Assembly (NCBI GenBank): GCA_017962605.1
Contig: JAGCUY010000038.1
Span: 350-64,349 of the forward strand
From: Kiritimatiellia bacterium
GTDB lineage: Bacteria > Verrucomicrobiota > Kiritimatiellia > RFP12 > JAAYLN01
DNA: 64,000 nucleotides
Direction: 5' to 3'
Under the pieces are notes generated by a model that saw only the letters and a program-made list of their open reading frames with translations, ran no database searches and had not been told where the DNA came from. The translations under genes and the position numbers were made by a program. Of the stretch, positions 1 to 7,784 are shown piece by piece; within the stretch, counting starts at the first letter, position 1, and every line of letters begins with the position of its first letter.

Positions 1-1
1 C

Positions 2-598
2 AAAGGCGCCGCCGGTCCTGGCAACTACCCGCAGGCCTTTGGCGGCGACGGCACGGGTCTTGCGCCCGACCCCGAACTGCGCGAGCCTCTTGCCTTTCTG
101 CGCCTCTGCAGGGAACTGGGCATTGAGATAGTCTGCACGACCATCGCCAGCCCCTACTACGCGCCGCACGCGCAGCGTCCCGCCTACTTCCCCGTTTCCG
201 ATGGCTACCTCGCCCCCGAAGACCCGATGGTTGGCGTTGATCGGCAGATACGCGTGGTGGCGCAGGCAAAGGCGGCAATGCCAGACGTCGCCTTTGTCTC
301 GGCGGGCCTCACGGCGTTGCAGGAGTATCTGCCGCATGTGGCGCAGAGACTGGTCCGCGAAGGGCTGACCGACTTCGCCGGCTACGGGCGCATGGTGTTG
401 TCTTATCCCGACCTTCCCGCAGATGCGCTCAAAGGCGGGCCGCTGGAGAAGTGCCGCATCTGCCGCACCTTCGGCGACTGCACCACGGCCCCGCGCAACG
501 GCATCGTTTCGGGCTGCTACCCGTTAGACGGACACTATCGCTCCAGTGCCGATGCGCCACGGGTCCGCGCCTGCCGCTCGCCGGTTTTTCTCGGCTAG
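2..598 (+). CDS. NADH:flavin oxidoreductase (Old Yellow Enzyme-like), C-terminal part; 5' end lies outside the window
   Basis: Frame 2 is open from base 2 to TAG 596-598. The translation ...LGIEIVCTTIASPYYAPHAQRP... and the C-terminal Cys cluster CRICRTFGDC-x11-C resemble OYE / 2,4-dienoyl-CoA-reductase-type flavoenzymes (recognised from memory). Confidence 0.6.
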   Translation, partial: KGAAGPGNYPQAFGGDGTGLAPDPELREPLAFLRLCRELGIEIVCTTIASPYYAPHAQRPAYFPVSDGYLAPEDPMVGVDRQIRVVAQAKAAMPDVAFVSAGLTALQEYLPHVAQRLVREGLTDFAGYGRMVLSYPDLPADALKGGPLEKCRICRTFGDCTTAPRNGIVSGCYPLDGHYRSSADAPRVRACRSPVFLG

Positions 599-616
599 CC
601 GAATGAGAATAAAAAA
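585..616. terminator. Possible bidirectional hairpin terminator between the OYE-like gene and ssrA
   Basis: TTTTT-CTCGGCTAGCCGAATGAG-AATAAAAAA. A short stem (TTCTC/GAGAA) is flanked by a T-run on the plus strand and an A-run (a T-run on the minus strand) directly after the tmRNA CCA end. Confidence 0.35.
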
Positions 617-975
617 TGGTGGAGGTGGGGGGATTCGAACCCCCGTCCGAAACAGTTTCAACCTGGCATCTACGCGCGTGTCCCGTGTTTTGATCTCGAT
701 GGAGGAGGCGTCCGCGGGCAGGCAAGACCGCCATCATGCGACCGGTTTTTCCGGGCTCGCGGCGTTCGGTCGTCGGACTCCGCGGCGAGTCCTGCTATTG
801 CGCATACCCACTCAGCAGGCGTCGGTGGTTAAGCGAGGGTGCCTAAACTCAATTAGGCAGCCATGGCGAAATCATTGTTCGCATTTAGGTGTTTGCCGGT
901 TTTTTAACGAGGCCAACCGACATCCTCGGCGCGCAACCAAGTCCCGACATGCCCCGTCGAAACCAAGTCACCCCC
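617..975 (-). ncRNA. ssrA: tmRNA (SsrA)
   Basis: The minus strand starts GGGGGTGACTTGGTTTCGACGGGG and ends GGACGGGGGTTCGAATCCCCCCACCTCCACCA (T-arm, acceptor, CCA). The internal tag frame GCG AAC AAT GAT TTC GCC ATG GCT GCC TAA (plus coordinates 853-882) encodes ANNDFAMAA. Confidence 0.95.
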
Positions 976-993
976 ATGTAAAATGAGGTAAAT

Positions 994-1023
994 ATTATAG
1001 CAGAGACCACAATAATATTGCAA
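994..1023 (-). promoter_or_regulatory. Sigma-70-type promoter of ssrA
   Basis: -35 TTGCAA (1018-1023), an 18-nt spacer and -10 TATAAT (994-999) on the minus strand, about 18 nt upstream of the mature tmRNA 5' end. Confidence 0.5.
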
Positions 1024-1205
1024 GTTTTTTCACGCGCGCCTTGCGATGCTGACGCGAAGCCCTCACCGCCGGGGGGAAGAAGATACTGGAAGACCGCCAC
1101 AACTTCGCATTCTTCCGCGACGGCCTCCGCCAGTGCTACGAATACATCCTCACGAAGTAGGCGGCATTGTCGCCAAAAACATAAGCGGCGGCCCGGATGG
1201 TTCTT

Positions 1206-1634
1206 TCAGACGTTTGGATGCTTTTTTGTGGTTGTGACCCAATTCGCCAAAGTCAAGCCGTTAATCCGGCTGAAGTGGCTCTGGTTGTTCGTGACCAGTG
1301 TGTAGCCCCCGGCCTTCGCCGACGCCGCAATCATCATGTCCATTTCGCCGATTGGCAACCCCTGGCTTTCAAGAGCGACGCGGATGTCCGCGTATTCGGA
1401 AGCCGCTTCAGGTGTCCATGACACCACTTCGAAAATCTCGCAGAAAAGCTTCACAAGCGATTCGAGTTTCCGGGAGTTCTTTTTCCGCGCCCCGAAAAGC
1501 GCCTCCGCGACCGTTATGACTGAAATAGAGATGTTACCTTCGTTTGCCAACGCAGCCTTGCGCACTTCGGGGTGTCGCCCCGATACGAGGTAGCTGAGCG
1601 TGTCTGTGTCCAGCATGAAAGGACGGCGCTTCAT
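1206..1634 (-). CDS. vapC: PIN-domain toxin VapC
   Basis: 142-aa ORF. The N-terminal ...MLDTDTLSYL... and ...LVTNNQSHFSRI... fit a PIN ribonuclease toxin. Its start overlaps the stop of the upstream antitoxin ORF (ATGA). Confidence 0.85.
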   Translation of the reverse strand: MKRRPFMLDTDTLSYLVSGRHPEVRKAALANEGNISISVITVAEALFGARKKNSRKLESLVKLFCEIFEVVSWTPEAASEYADIRVALESQGLPIGEMDMMIAASAKAGGYTLVTNNQSHFSRINGLTLANWVTTTKKHPNV

Positions 1635-1885
1635 GGGAACAAGTTCCTTGCCTTTGGCGCAGAATTGCAGGGGCGGACGTCAAGAAAGTCCTGCTCGTCA
1701 GCGCCGATTTCGTCGCAGCGGGAAAAGAGTTCTTCGAGTGAGCAATCGTGGCGCAGGGGTTGCAGAAGCAGCCCATCACCGCACCGGCTGACGAGAACCT
1801 CGTCAGTGTCAAACCTGTATTTTTTCGGGATTCGCACAGCCTGCGACCCACCATTCTTGAAAACGCCTGTGACCATTCCGTCCAT
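1631..1885 (-). CDS. vapB: AbrB/SpoVT-type antitoxin VapB
   Basis: The ORF-track start (1891) is TTG, whereas ATG 1885 lies 6 nt after GGAGG. VTGVFKNGGSQAVRIPKKYRF is the swapped-hairpin DNA-binding motif of AbrB/MazE/VapB antitoxins. Confidence 0.8.
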   Translation of the reverse strand: MDGMVTGVFKNGGSQAVRIPKKYRFDTDEVLVSRCGDGLLLQPLRHDCSLEELFSRCDEIGADEQDFLDVRPCNSAPKARNLFP

Positions 1886-1902
1886 TTCCAACCTCCGCTT
1901 TC

Positions 1903-1925
1903 CAATTAAAAATGTTTATTAATTG
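1903..1925. promoter_or_regulatory. Palindromic candidate operator of vapBC
   Basis: Inverted repeat CAATTAA-N9-TTAATTG in the AT-rich stretch just upstream of the vapB RBS. This is the usual position for antitoxin autorepression. Confidence 0.35.
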
Positions 1926-1980
1926 TATATACTTTCATTTGAACCGTCAAGGCGGAAATGGAGGTTTGGTGCTGAAACAG

Positions 1981-2007
1981 AAGCGGCGGCCAGATGGGCC
2001 GCCGCTT
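1981..2007 (-). terminator. Hairpin terminator after the LamG gene
   Basis: 11-bp stem AAGCGGCGGCC / GGCCGCCGCTT with a 5-nt loop, about 25 nt past the stop at 2033. On the minus strand it is followed by TCTGTTTC. Confidence 0.5.
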
Positions 2008-2032
2008 GCGTCGATAATGTCGAAATGCGCCG

Positions 2033-4477
2033 CTACCTCACGACAATCGTGAAGGCGTTGGGGGCGCGGCCGAGGAACTGCGAGGGGGCGAGGACGCCCT
2101 TGGAGACGCGCAGCGCGTCGAACTCCATCTGGATGTTCGGCTGGTCGTAGGTGCCCTCGCCAATCATCAGCCGGTGGCCGGCGACGCGCTTCCTGAAGCG
2201 GGGGAACGTATGCTTCTCCTTTGTCCCGCCGGTCTTCAGCTGCACCGGCACCGGCGAATGGTCGTAGAAGAACTGCACGAAGGAGTTCGTCGCGACAGCC
2301 GGATCCGGCTCGAAGGTGAGGGCGTAGTGGTGCCACCTGCCATCGACCGCGAGGCCGGACGGGACATCCCATCCGCCGTAGGTTCCGCTGCTGGCCATCT
2401 GAAGGGTATTCGAGGCATTGTTCTGCCGGTAGAAGTACCAGTCGTAGTTCGTGTTGTCAATCTGCGAGAGACGCAGGATCGGGGCGTGCTGGGTAAGCGT
2501 CTTTGAATCGGCGGCGACGGCGCCGCTCGCCTCTACGATGTCGTCGAACTTCGCCAAGAACTCGACCGTGTAGGCGTCCGCCTCGAAGAACGGGACATTG
2601 GTGACGACGACGCGGCTCGTGTCCAGGCGGGCGGACCACTCGTTCGCCGCCCGTTCCGTGCCGTTGGTGCCGTCGAGGAGGAGCGTCCCGCGCGACTCCT
2701 TGACGAAGGTCGGCACGTTGCCGTCGGTGCGCGCCTCGCCGACGCCGGTCACGTTGAGGGCCGCGTTTGACGTGCAGGTGAAATCGTAGTTCTGCTCGAA
2801 GAGGGCGAGCAGCGAGGTGTCGCCCGCGCCGACGGGATGCGTGGTGAGGAACTCATCAGGCGTCAGTGCGCGGCGCGTCACGCGAATGTCGTCCACCCAC
2901 CCATCAAACCATTGGCTGCTGTCGCCGGAACTATTTACGCTTGCGCCGAAGAAGATGGAATAACCGGTAGCGACGGCGGGCAATGTACCGCTTTGCGTCT
3001 TGTCGAGCATATAGTCGAAGTAGAAGTTCATGGCCTGCGCCGCGCCATCAACGACGACCGCCACATGATGCCACTTGCCGTCGTCCGCGTTCGAGTACTG
3101 CGATCCGAGGTACTGGTTCGCATTGCCCGTTCTGGGCACGTAAAGCAGATTCGAACCGGTTGCATTGAAAATCACATTGAAATACGGCGTCGCGCTGAAC
3201 TTCATCAAGACCTGGCGGTCGCTGGTTGTGCCACGCACCATGCTTCGCGTCTTGTAGAACATCTCGACGGTGTAGCTCGCATTCGCCCCATCGCTGCCGT
3301 AGAGCTTCCCTGAGATGTATTGCATCTGGACATAATTCGCCTTGCGGACGTCATTCGTCTCCTGGTAAAACGAGGCGGCATCCTCAACCCAAGTATCCGT
3401 TTCGGACTTGGAAGCCATAACGGCACCAGCTTTCGTCTCCTTGTCGAAGCGCGAAGCATCCGCGCCGCTAACGGTCTTGTATTCGACTTTCTGGGCGCCC
3501 GGTGCGCGCATGTCGGAGAGGTTTATGTTGTTTGCCAGAACGCCGAACTCGCCTGGATCGAACGAGACGCGGACGAGTTCGTCCGGGTCCATGTCGAGCG
3601 GCTGCATCCGCAGGAACTGGTCGGGCGTCAGCGCAGCGCTGGAGACGCGTACCTCGTCGATGAGGCCGGGGAAGCGGCGGTAGCCATAGCCGCTGTTGAC
3701 GTAGTCGTCGTAGCCGCCGATGTAAATGGAGTTGTTGCTGCCGTATGAAATGTTGCCGGTCTTGTCGAGGGTGTAGGTCTTGTCGAGGGTGTGATCGACG
3801 TAAAGCCGGACTTTCTCCCCGTCGTAGGTGTAGGCGACATGGTGCCACGCGCCATCGTTGACCTTGGCGGACGTCGCGCTGCCCTGATAGCGCACCGTCG
3901 CGCCGTTCACGGTGTTGATGCGGAAGGCAAGACCGCCTAAACCGGCACTTTCAGTGTCCAGATAGAGTGCCCATCTCTCGCTCGTGAAGCCAGTCCCATT
4001 TACGCTGGCGACGATGGGTCCGAAATTTTGGGCGACATCCAAACCACCCGTGGTGCAGATGTAGGCCTCGACGGTGAAGGCCGACGTGCAGCCGGAAAGG
4101 AGCGACGCGGTGTTGGTAACAATGAGGCAGCCGCCATAGTAGGCAAGGGTGCCGGAGCCGCTGCCTTTGGCGGTGGTGAACTTCATCGCGGCGCGATTGG
4201 TGCGCGTCGTGCCCGTGACGGGGTCGTAAACGGCGAGGCCGGCGAACGGCCGAGCGAATTTGGGCATGTATTCGCCGTTGGCGGTGGAGCGGGTTTTATC
4301 TGCGAGCGCGTAAGCGGTGGCGTCGGCGCCGGAGACGGAGCCGCCGATGCTGACGCCTGCGGCGGTCGTGCCGGGGTCGCACTCGTCGAAGTGCCACCAG
4401 GCGATGGTGTCGGCGGCGGCGGGGAACGCGAGCACGCCAGCGGCGATAATTGAAAGAATTGACTTTGTTGTCTTCAT
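2033..4477 (-). CDS. Secreted protein with three LamG/concanavalin-like lectin domains
   Basis: The real start is ATG 4477 (RBS AAGGAGA; signal peptide MKTTKSILSIIAAGVLAFPAAA). Three units are marked by GAWHHVAYTYDG.., GKWHHVAVVVDG.., GRWHHYALTFEP.. and by IDEVRVSSAALTPDQFL / VDDIRVTRRALTPDEFL / FDALRVSKGVLAPSQFL. The protein ends ...APNAFTIVVR. Confidence 0.85.
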   Translation of the reverse strand: MKTTKSILSIIAAGVLAFPAAADTIAWWHFDECDPGTTAAGVSIGGSVSGADATAYALADKTRSTANGEYMPKFARPFAGLAVYDPVTGTTRTNRAAMKFTTAKGSGSGTLAYYGGCLIVTNTASLLSGCTSAFTVEAYICTTGGLDVAQNFGPIVASVNGTGFTSERWALYLDTESAGLGGLAFRINTVNGATVRYQGSATSAKVNDGAWHHVAYTYDGEKVRLYVDHTLDKTYTLDKTGNISYGSNNSIYIGGYDDYVNSGYGYRRFPGLIDEVRVSSAALTPDQFLRMQPLDMDPDELVRVSFDPGEFGVLANNINLSDMRAPGAQKVEYKTVSGADASRFDKETKAGAVMASKSETDTWVEDAASFYQETNDVRKANYVQMQYISGKLYGSDGANASYTVEMFYKTRSMVRGTTSDRQVLMKFSATPYFNVIFNATGSNLLYVPRTGNANQYLGSQYSNADDGKWHHVAVVVDGAAQAMNFYFDYMLDKTQSGTLPAVATGYSIFFGASVNSSGDSSQWFDGWVDDIRVTRRALTPDEFLTTHPVGAGDTSLLALFEQNYDFTCTSNAALNVTGVGEARTDGNVPTFVKESRGTLLLDGTNGTERAANEWSARLDTSRVVVTNVPFFEADAYTVEFLAKFDDIVEASGAVAADSKTLTQHAPILRLSQIDNTNYDWYFYRQNNASNTLQMASSGTYGGWDVPSGLAVDGRWHHYALTFEPDPAVATNSFVQFFYDHSPVPVQLKTGGTKEKHTFPRFRKRVAGHRLMIGEGTYDQPNIQMEFDALRVSKGVLAPSQFLGRAPNAFTIVVR

Positions 4478-4502
4478 GGTCGTTTCTCCTTGGAATGTTT
4501 TT

Positions 4503-4537
4503 CGGCTGCCGGCTGCCGAATGCAATCGGCGGCCGAG
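4503..4537. repeat. Heptanucleotide array (5 units) in the 5' leader of the LamG gene
   Basis: Hand-phased as CGGCTGC CGGCTGC CGAATGC AATCGGC GGCCGAG. It also forms an imperfect hairpin. Confidence 0.7.
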
Positions 4538-4549
4538 TTGATGCCAACT

Positions 4550-4578
4550 ATGATACCACACTCACATTAGAATAGCCA
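4550..4578 (-). promoter_or_regulatory. Extended -10 promoter of the LamG gene
   Basis: TGTGGTATCAT on the minus strand (plus 4550-4560) with a weak -35 TGGCTA 17 nt upstream. Confidence 0.4.
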
Positions 4579-4607
4579 TGCGCGATGCGCAAAAACTTTC
4601 GTGCGAG

Positions 4608-5750
4608 TTACGCAGGAGCGACGGCGTTGCGCCAGTCGCGCAGGGAGAGGCCGGTGGCCTTCTTGAAGGCGCGGCGGAGGGAGGAGGCGTCCTCGTAGCC
4701 GCACTCGGCCGCGATGGACTCGATGGGCTGCTCGCGGATGAGCAGCAGGGTCTTGGCGTGTTCGACGCGGGCGGCAGCAATCTCCTCGCCGATTGAGCGC
4801 CCCGTGGCCTCGCGGAAGCGGTATTCGGCACCGCGCCGGCTGCCGCCGATCTCGCGGCATATTTCCGCCGGAGTTAGTCCGACGCCAGATGTTTCGCGGA
4901 TGCGCGCGACGGCCCGCCGCACCGCGCCGTCTCGCCGCTTGAACTTGATTGTCGAATTGCGCCGGACAATGTGGGCGGCGCCGAACTTCACGATGCGGGG
5001 CGCGCAGTTGCCTGACATCGCCTCGTCAAGCAATTGCGCGGCGAGGTAGCCCGACTGCTCGAAGTCCGGCATGACGCTGGTGAGGGTCGGGGTGGCGTGG
5101 CGGCAGATGAGGGTGTCGTTGTCGATGCCGATGACGGCGATCTCGTCGGGAACCTCTATCTGCTCCATGGCGCAGGCCTGGAGGACGAGGTCGGCGGAAA
5201 TGTCATTGGCGGCGAGGAGTCCACAGGGCGTGGGGAGGGCGCGAAGCCAAGGGCGAATAGATGCGAAGAACGCGGCGATGGAGTCGGGGCCGCCAGGCTC
5301 AAAAGAGGCGAAAGTCCCGCCGGCCTTGGCGGCTTCGGCGGCCATGACCTTTCGACGGCGGTCGGACCAATCGCGGGGGATAATGTTTCCAACGAAGGCG
5401 AAATTGCGGAAACCGAGGGAGATCAGTTCGTGGGCGGCGAGGGCGGCGGTTCCGGAGGAGTCGTGGACGACGGCCATGCTGGGGCGGCGGAAACGCTTTG
5501 GGTTTGCGTCACAATAGACGACAGGGGTGTCGCGGAAATCCGAGGCCCTGAAGCCGGGGGTGTCCATGACGGAGCGCTCCACGATGCAGCCGTCGGGGCG
5601 CCAGAAAGCTATGGCTTTGGCGACGGGGAGGGCGGTGAGGCCGTGTTCAATCACCTGGACGCGCCATCCCGCAGAGGCGGCATAGCGGTAGATGCCGGCA
5701 AGGCGCGTCCGCCAGAAACGCCATGGATATTGGAAATAGACGATGTTCAC
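4608..5750 (-). CDS. XylR-like regulator (periplasmic-binding-protein-like sugar-binding domain + AraC HTH)
   Basis: 380 aa. The N-terminal two-thirds resemble a LacI/PBP sugar-binding fold. The C-terminus ...IESIAAECGYEDASSLRRAFKKATGLSLRDWR is an AraC-type HTH. The start codon at 5750 is GTG. Confidence 0.8.
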   Translation of the reverse strand: MNIVYFQYPWRFWRTRLAGIYRYAASAGWRVQVIEHGLTALPVAKAIAFWRPDGCIVERSVMDTPGFRASDFRDTPVVYCDANPKRFRRPSMAVVHDSSGTAALAAHELISLGFRNFAFVGNIIPRDWSDRRRKVMAAEAAKAGGTFASFEPGGPDSIAAFFASIRPWLRALPTPCGLLAANDISADLVLQACAMEQIEVPDEIAVIGIDNDTLICRHATPTLTSVMPDFEQSGYLAAQLLDEAMSGNCAPRIVKFGAAHIVRRNSTIKFKRRDGAVRRAVARIRETSGVGLTPAEICREIGGSRRGAEYRFREATGRSIGEEIAAARVEHAKTLLLIREQPIESIAAECGYEDASSLRRAFKKATGLSLRDWRNAVAPA

Positions 5751-5790
5751 TGATTCCCATTTTACACCATGGGGAAAGCTACCGCAAGGA

Positions 5791-5834
5791 GGGGCGGGGA
5801 AAGGGGCTAGGGGCTAGGGACTAGGGGCTAGGGG
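5791..5834 (+). repeat. G-rich heptad array (GGGGCTA family) with G-quadruplex potential
   Basis: GGGG C GGGG AAA then GGGGCTA GGGGCTA GGGACTA GGGGCTA GGGG. There are seven G3-4 tracts with 1-4-nt loops on the plus strand, in the divergent region between the XylR-like gene and the ACT gene. Confidence 0.8.
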
Positions 5835-5844
5835 AGAAGGAGCG

Positions 5845-5978
5845 CGACATTCGACAACCGACAGCCGACGACCAAGACGACTAGCGACAAACGACAAACG
5901 CGACTTGAGAGACATCCCGGCTCCCGAATCCCGCTACCGGATGTCTTCCCGCGTGTCGCTTGTCGCATGTCGCTTGTC
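5845..5978. repeat. Nested imperfect palindrome built from CGACANN / NTGTCGC heptads
   Basis: The left arm is CGACATT CGACAAC CGACAGC CGACGAC ... ACAAACG ACAAACG CGAC (5845-5904). The inner hairpin is AGACATCCCGG / CCGGATGTCT (5910-5946). The right arm is GTGTCGC TTGTCGC ATGTCGC TTGTC (5953-5978). Confidence 0.7.
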
Positions 5979-6039
5979 ATAATGAATCACGGCTACCGGC
6001 GCGCGACATTATTATTGATCCAACGATTGGGCATTAGGC

Positions 6040-6068
6040 TTGACGGAAGCGGCGCAATTTGGGAGAAT
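6040..6068 (+). promoter_or_regulatory. Candidate promoter of the ACT-domain gene
   Basis: -35 TTGACG (6040-6045), a 17-nt spacer and -10 GAGAAT (6063-6068). The start codon is 47 nt downstream. Confidence 0.4.
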
Positions 6069-6114
6069 TGTCATCAGGAAATCCAAACCAAGCCGCAAAA
6101 GCAAGGAGACCGCT

Positions 6115-6549
6115 ATGACCATCAAGCAAATATCGCTGTTCCTGGAGAACAAGCCCGGACATCTCGCCACGATATGCCGGACGCTCGCCGACGCCAAGAT
6201 CAACATCGTCACCCTCTCGCTTGCCGACACACAGCAGTTCGGCATCGTGCGGCTGATCGTGGATGACTGCGACAAGGCCTGCGCCGCCCTCAAGGCCGCC
6301 GGGATGGTCGTCAACGTCCGCGACGTCCTCGCCGTTGGCGTCCGCGACGAACCTGGCGGCATGACCAATCTCCTCGCCATCATCGAGAAGGCCGGCGTGA
6401 ACATCGAATACATGTATGCCTTTGCGGCGCATGTCGGCAAGGAGGCTATCCTGGTCTTCCGATTTGACGACGCCGAAAAGGCCGACGCCGCACTCAAGGC
6501 CGCCGGCGTGCCCGTCCTCGCGCCAGCCGACGTGCTGAATCTGCACTAG
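6115..6549 (+). CDS. ACT-domain (small-ligand-binding) protein, two ACT repeats
   Basis: ATG 6115 is preceded by AAGGAGA. MTIKQISLFLENKPGHLATICRTLADAKINIVTLS... and a second ...VRDEPGGMTNLLAIIEKAGVNIEYMYAF... match tandem ACT folds. Confidence 0.75.
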   Translation: MTIKQISLFLENKPGHLATICRTLADAKINIVTLSLADTQQFGIVRLIVDDCDKACAALKAAGMVVNVRDVLAVGVRDEPGGMTNLLAIIEKAGVNIEYMYAFAAHVGKEAILVFRFDDAEKADAALKAAGVPVLAPADVLNLH

Positions 6550-7784
6550 CGGCCGCCATCCGGCGTCCACGGCGACAGGGGCACCACGCGGTGCTCCGTG
6601 CATGACACGCCCTCCATCGAGGGCGGAATTCCCTTTTCCCGCCAGCGGCGCAGCGCCTCAAGCGGCCTGCGAATCTCCTGAATCCCCTTGCCGCCGAAGT
6701 GCTCGCGCCCAGGCAGGAGAAATAGCTGGCAGAAACCCAGCGCCGCCTCAGGGCCGCCCAAGCGCGTGGCAAGACGGCTGTAGTAGTCAAGAGTGGCGCC
6801 GCAGGGAACGCATGAGTCCTGCGTTCCGGCATAGACGACCATCTTCCCTCCCCTGTCGCGGAAGGCGTCGAGATTCTCATCCTCGGCATCCAGCTCAGGC
6901 GCAAGGGCTGCGAAATAGCGGTCGTAGTCCGGGCCGAAGTCCAGGGCGGCGTAGTCCACATCCGGCCCGAAGGCCCAGTTGAAGAGGTAGAGGTTTGAGC
7001 GGGCGAGGTCGAAGCGCGCGGCCGGCGGGATGCCGTCGAAGATTTTTGCGCCTGTGACTGCGTGGCGAGGGCCTCTGAACAGTTCCTCCAGCGCGGCCAG
7101 ATGTTCGCAGCCAAGCGACGAATCGCGGCGCGCCGCGATGGCGATTGCATCGGCGATGGTCGTATCGTCCCAGCGCGGCGCGGACACGAAGCGGCCGACA
7201 GCGCCGGGGAATTTCTCACGCGGCGCGAAGGCATCCAAGGAGGCGGCGCGGATCACAGCCAACTGCTCCTTGGAGAAAAGCGGCGAACCATCCTGGCGGA
7301 GCGTCCGCTGCCAGTTCCAGAGGAAGTAGGCGTGGAGACGTGTCCGGCAGTGCGCTGGGACGCCGGCGAGGATGCCGTCGTAGTCCTCGGGATAGCGCTG
7401 CGCCTCGGAGAATGCCTGCTGGCCGCCGGTGGATGCGCCGACGAAATAGGAGAACTCCGGAGAGCGCCCGTATTTGGCCGAGACGCACTCCTTGGCGGCC
7501 AACGTCATCACATGGGTGGCGCGGTGGCCGAAGTCGCGGAGGACGTCCTGGTTCCGCCATCCGGCGAGGCGGGTGTCAGGTGCGGTGCCGAGGTCGGTCA
7601 TCGCCGCGGCGTAGCCCTGGCGGGCGTACGGAAGCAGGGCGTCGTCGCGGAGGACGCCTCCCGCGCCGCCGCTCCCTACGCCGACGAAGCGCCCGTTCCA
7701 TGCGGACGGCAACATGAGAAGGACGCCGACGCCGGACTGCGGCGAGGTTTCGACGCGGAATGAAATTCTCTCAATTGCGTCCAT
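6546..7784 (-). CDS. Tannase / feruloyl-esterase-family alpha/beta hydrolase
   Basis: ...FVGASTGGQQAFSEAQRYPEDYDGILAGVPA... carries the G-x-S-x-G nucleophile elbow in the context typical of this family. ATG is at 7784 (the track start 7790 is TTG). No signal peptide is seen. The gene overlaps the mfd stop by 14 nt. Confidence 0.7.
   Translation of the reverse strand: MDAIERISFRVETSPQSGVGVLLMLPSAWNGRFVGVGSGGAGGVLRDDALLPYARQGYAAAMTDLGTAPDTRLAGWRNQDVLRDFGHRATHVMTLAAKECVSAKYGRSPEFSYFVGASTGGQQAFSEAQRYPEDYDGILAGVPAHCRTRLHAYFLWNWQRTLRQDGSPLFSKEQLAVIRAASLDAFAPREKFPGAVGRFVSAPRWDDTTIADAIAIAARRDSSLGCEHLAALEELFRGPRHAVTGAKIFDGIPPAARFDLARSNLYLFNWAFGPDVDYAALDFGPDYDRYFAALAPELDAEDENLDAFRDRGGKMVVYAGTQDSCVPCGATLDYYSRLATRLGGPEAALGFCQLFLLPGREHFGGKGIQEIRRPLEALRRWREKGIPPSMEGVSCTEHRVVPLSPWTPDGGR

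Noticed and set aside
617-2007. An ssrA-targeted genomic island carrying vapBC.
   Set aside because: There is no integrase and no duplicated ssrA 3' end in the window. vapBC also lies on the 5' side of ssrA, whereas islands integrate at the 3' end.
2033-4477. A diversity-generating retroelement acting on the lectin-like LamG or triple-module proteins.
   Set aside because: There is no reverse transcriptase gene and no template/variable repeat pair with adenine-specific differences. The internal repeats are ordinary divergent domain duplications.
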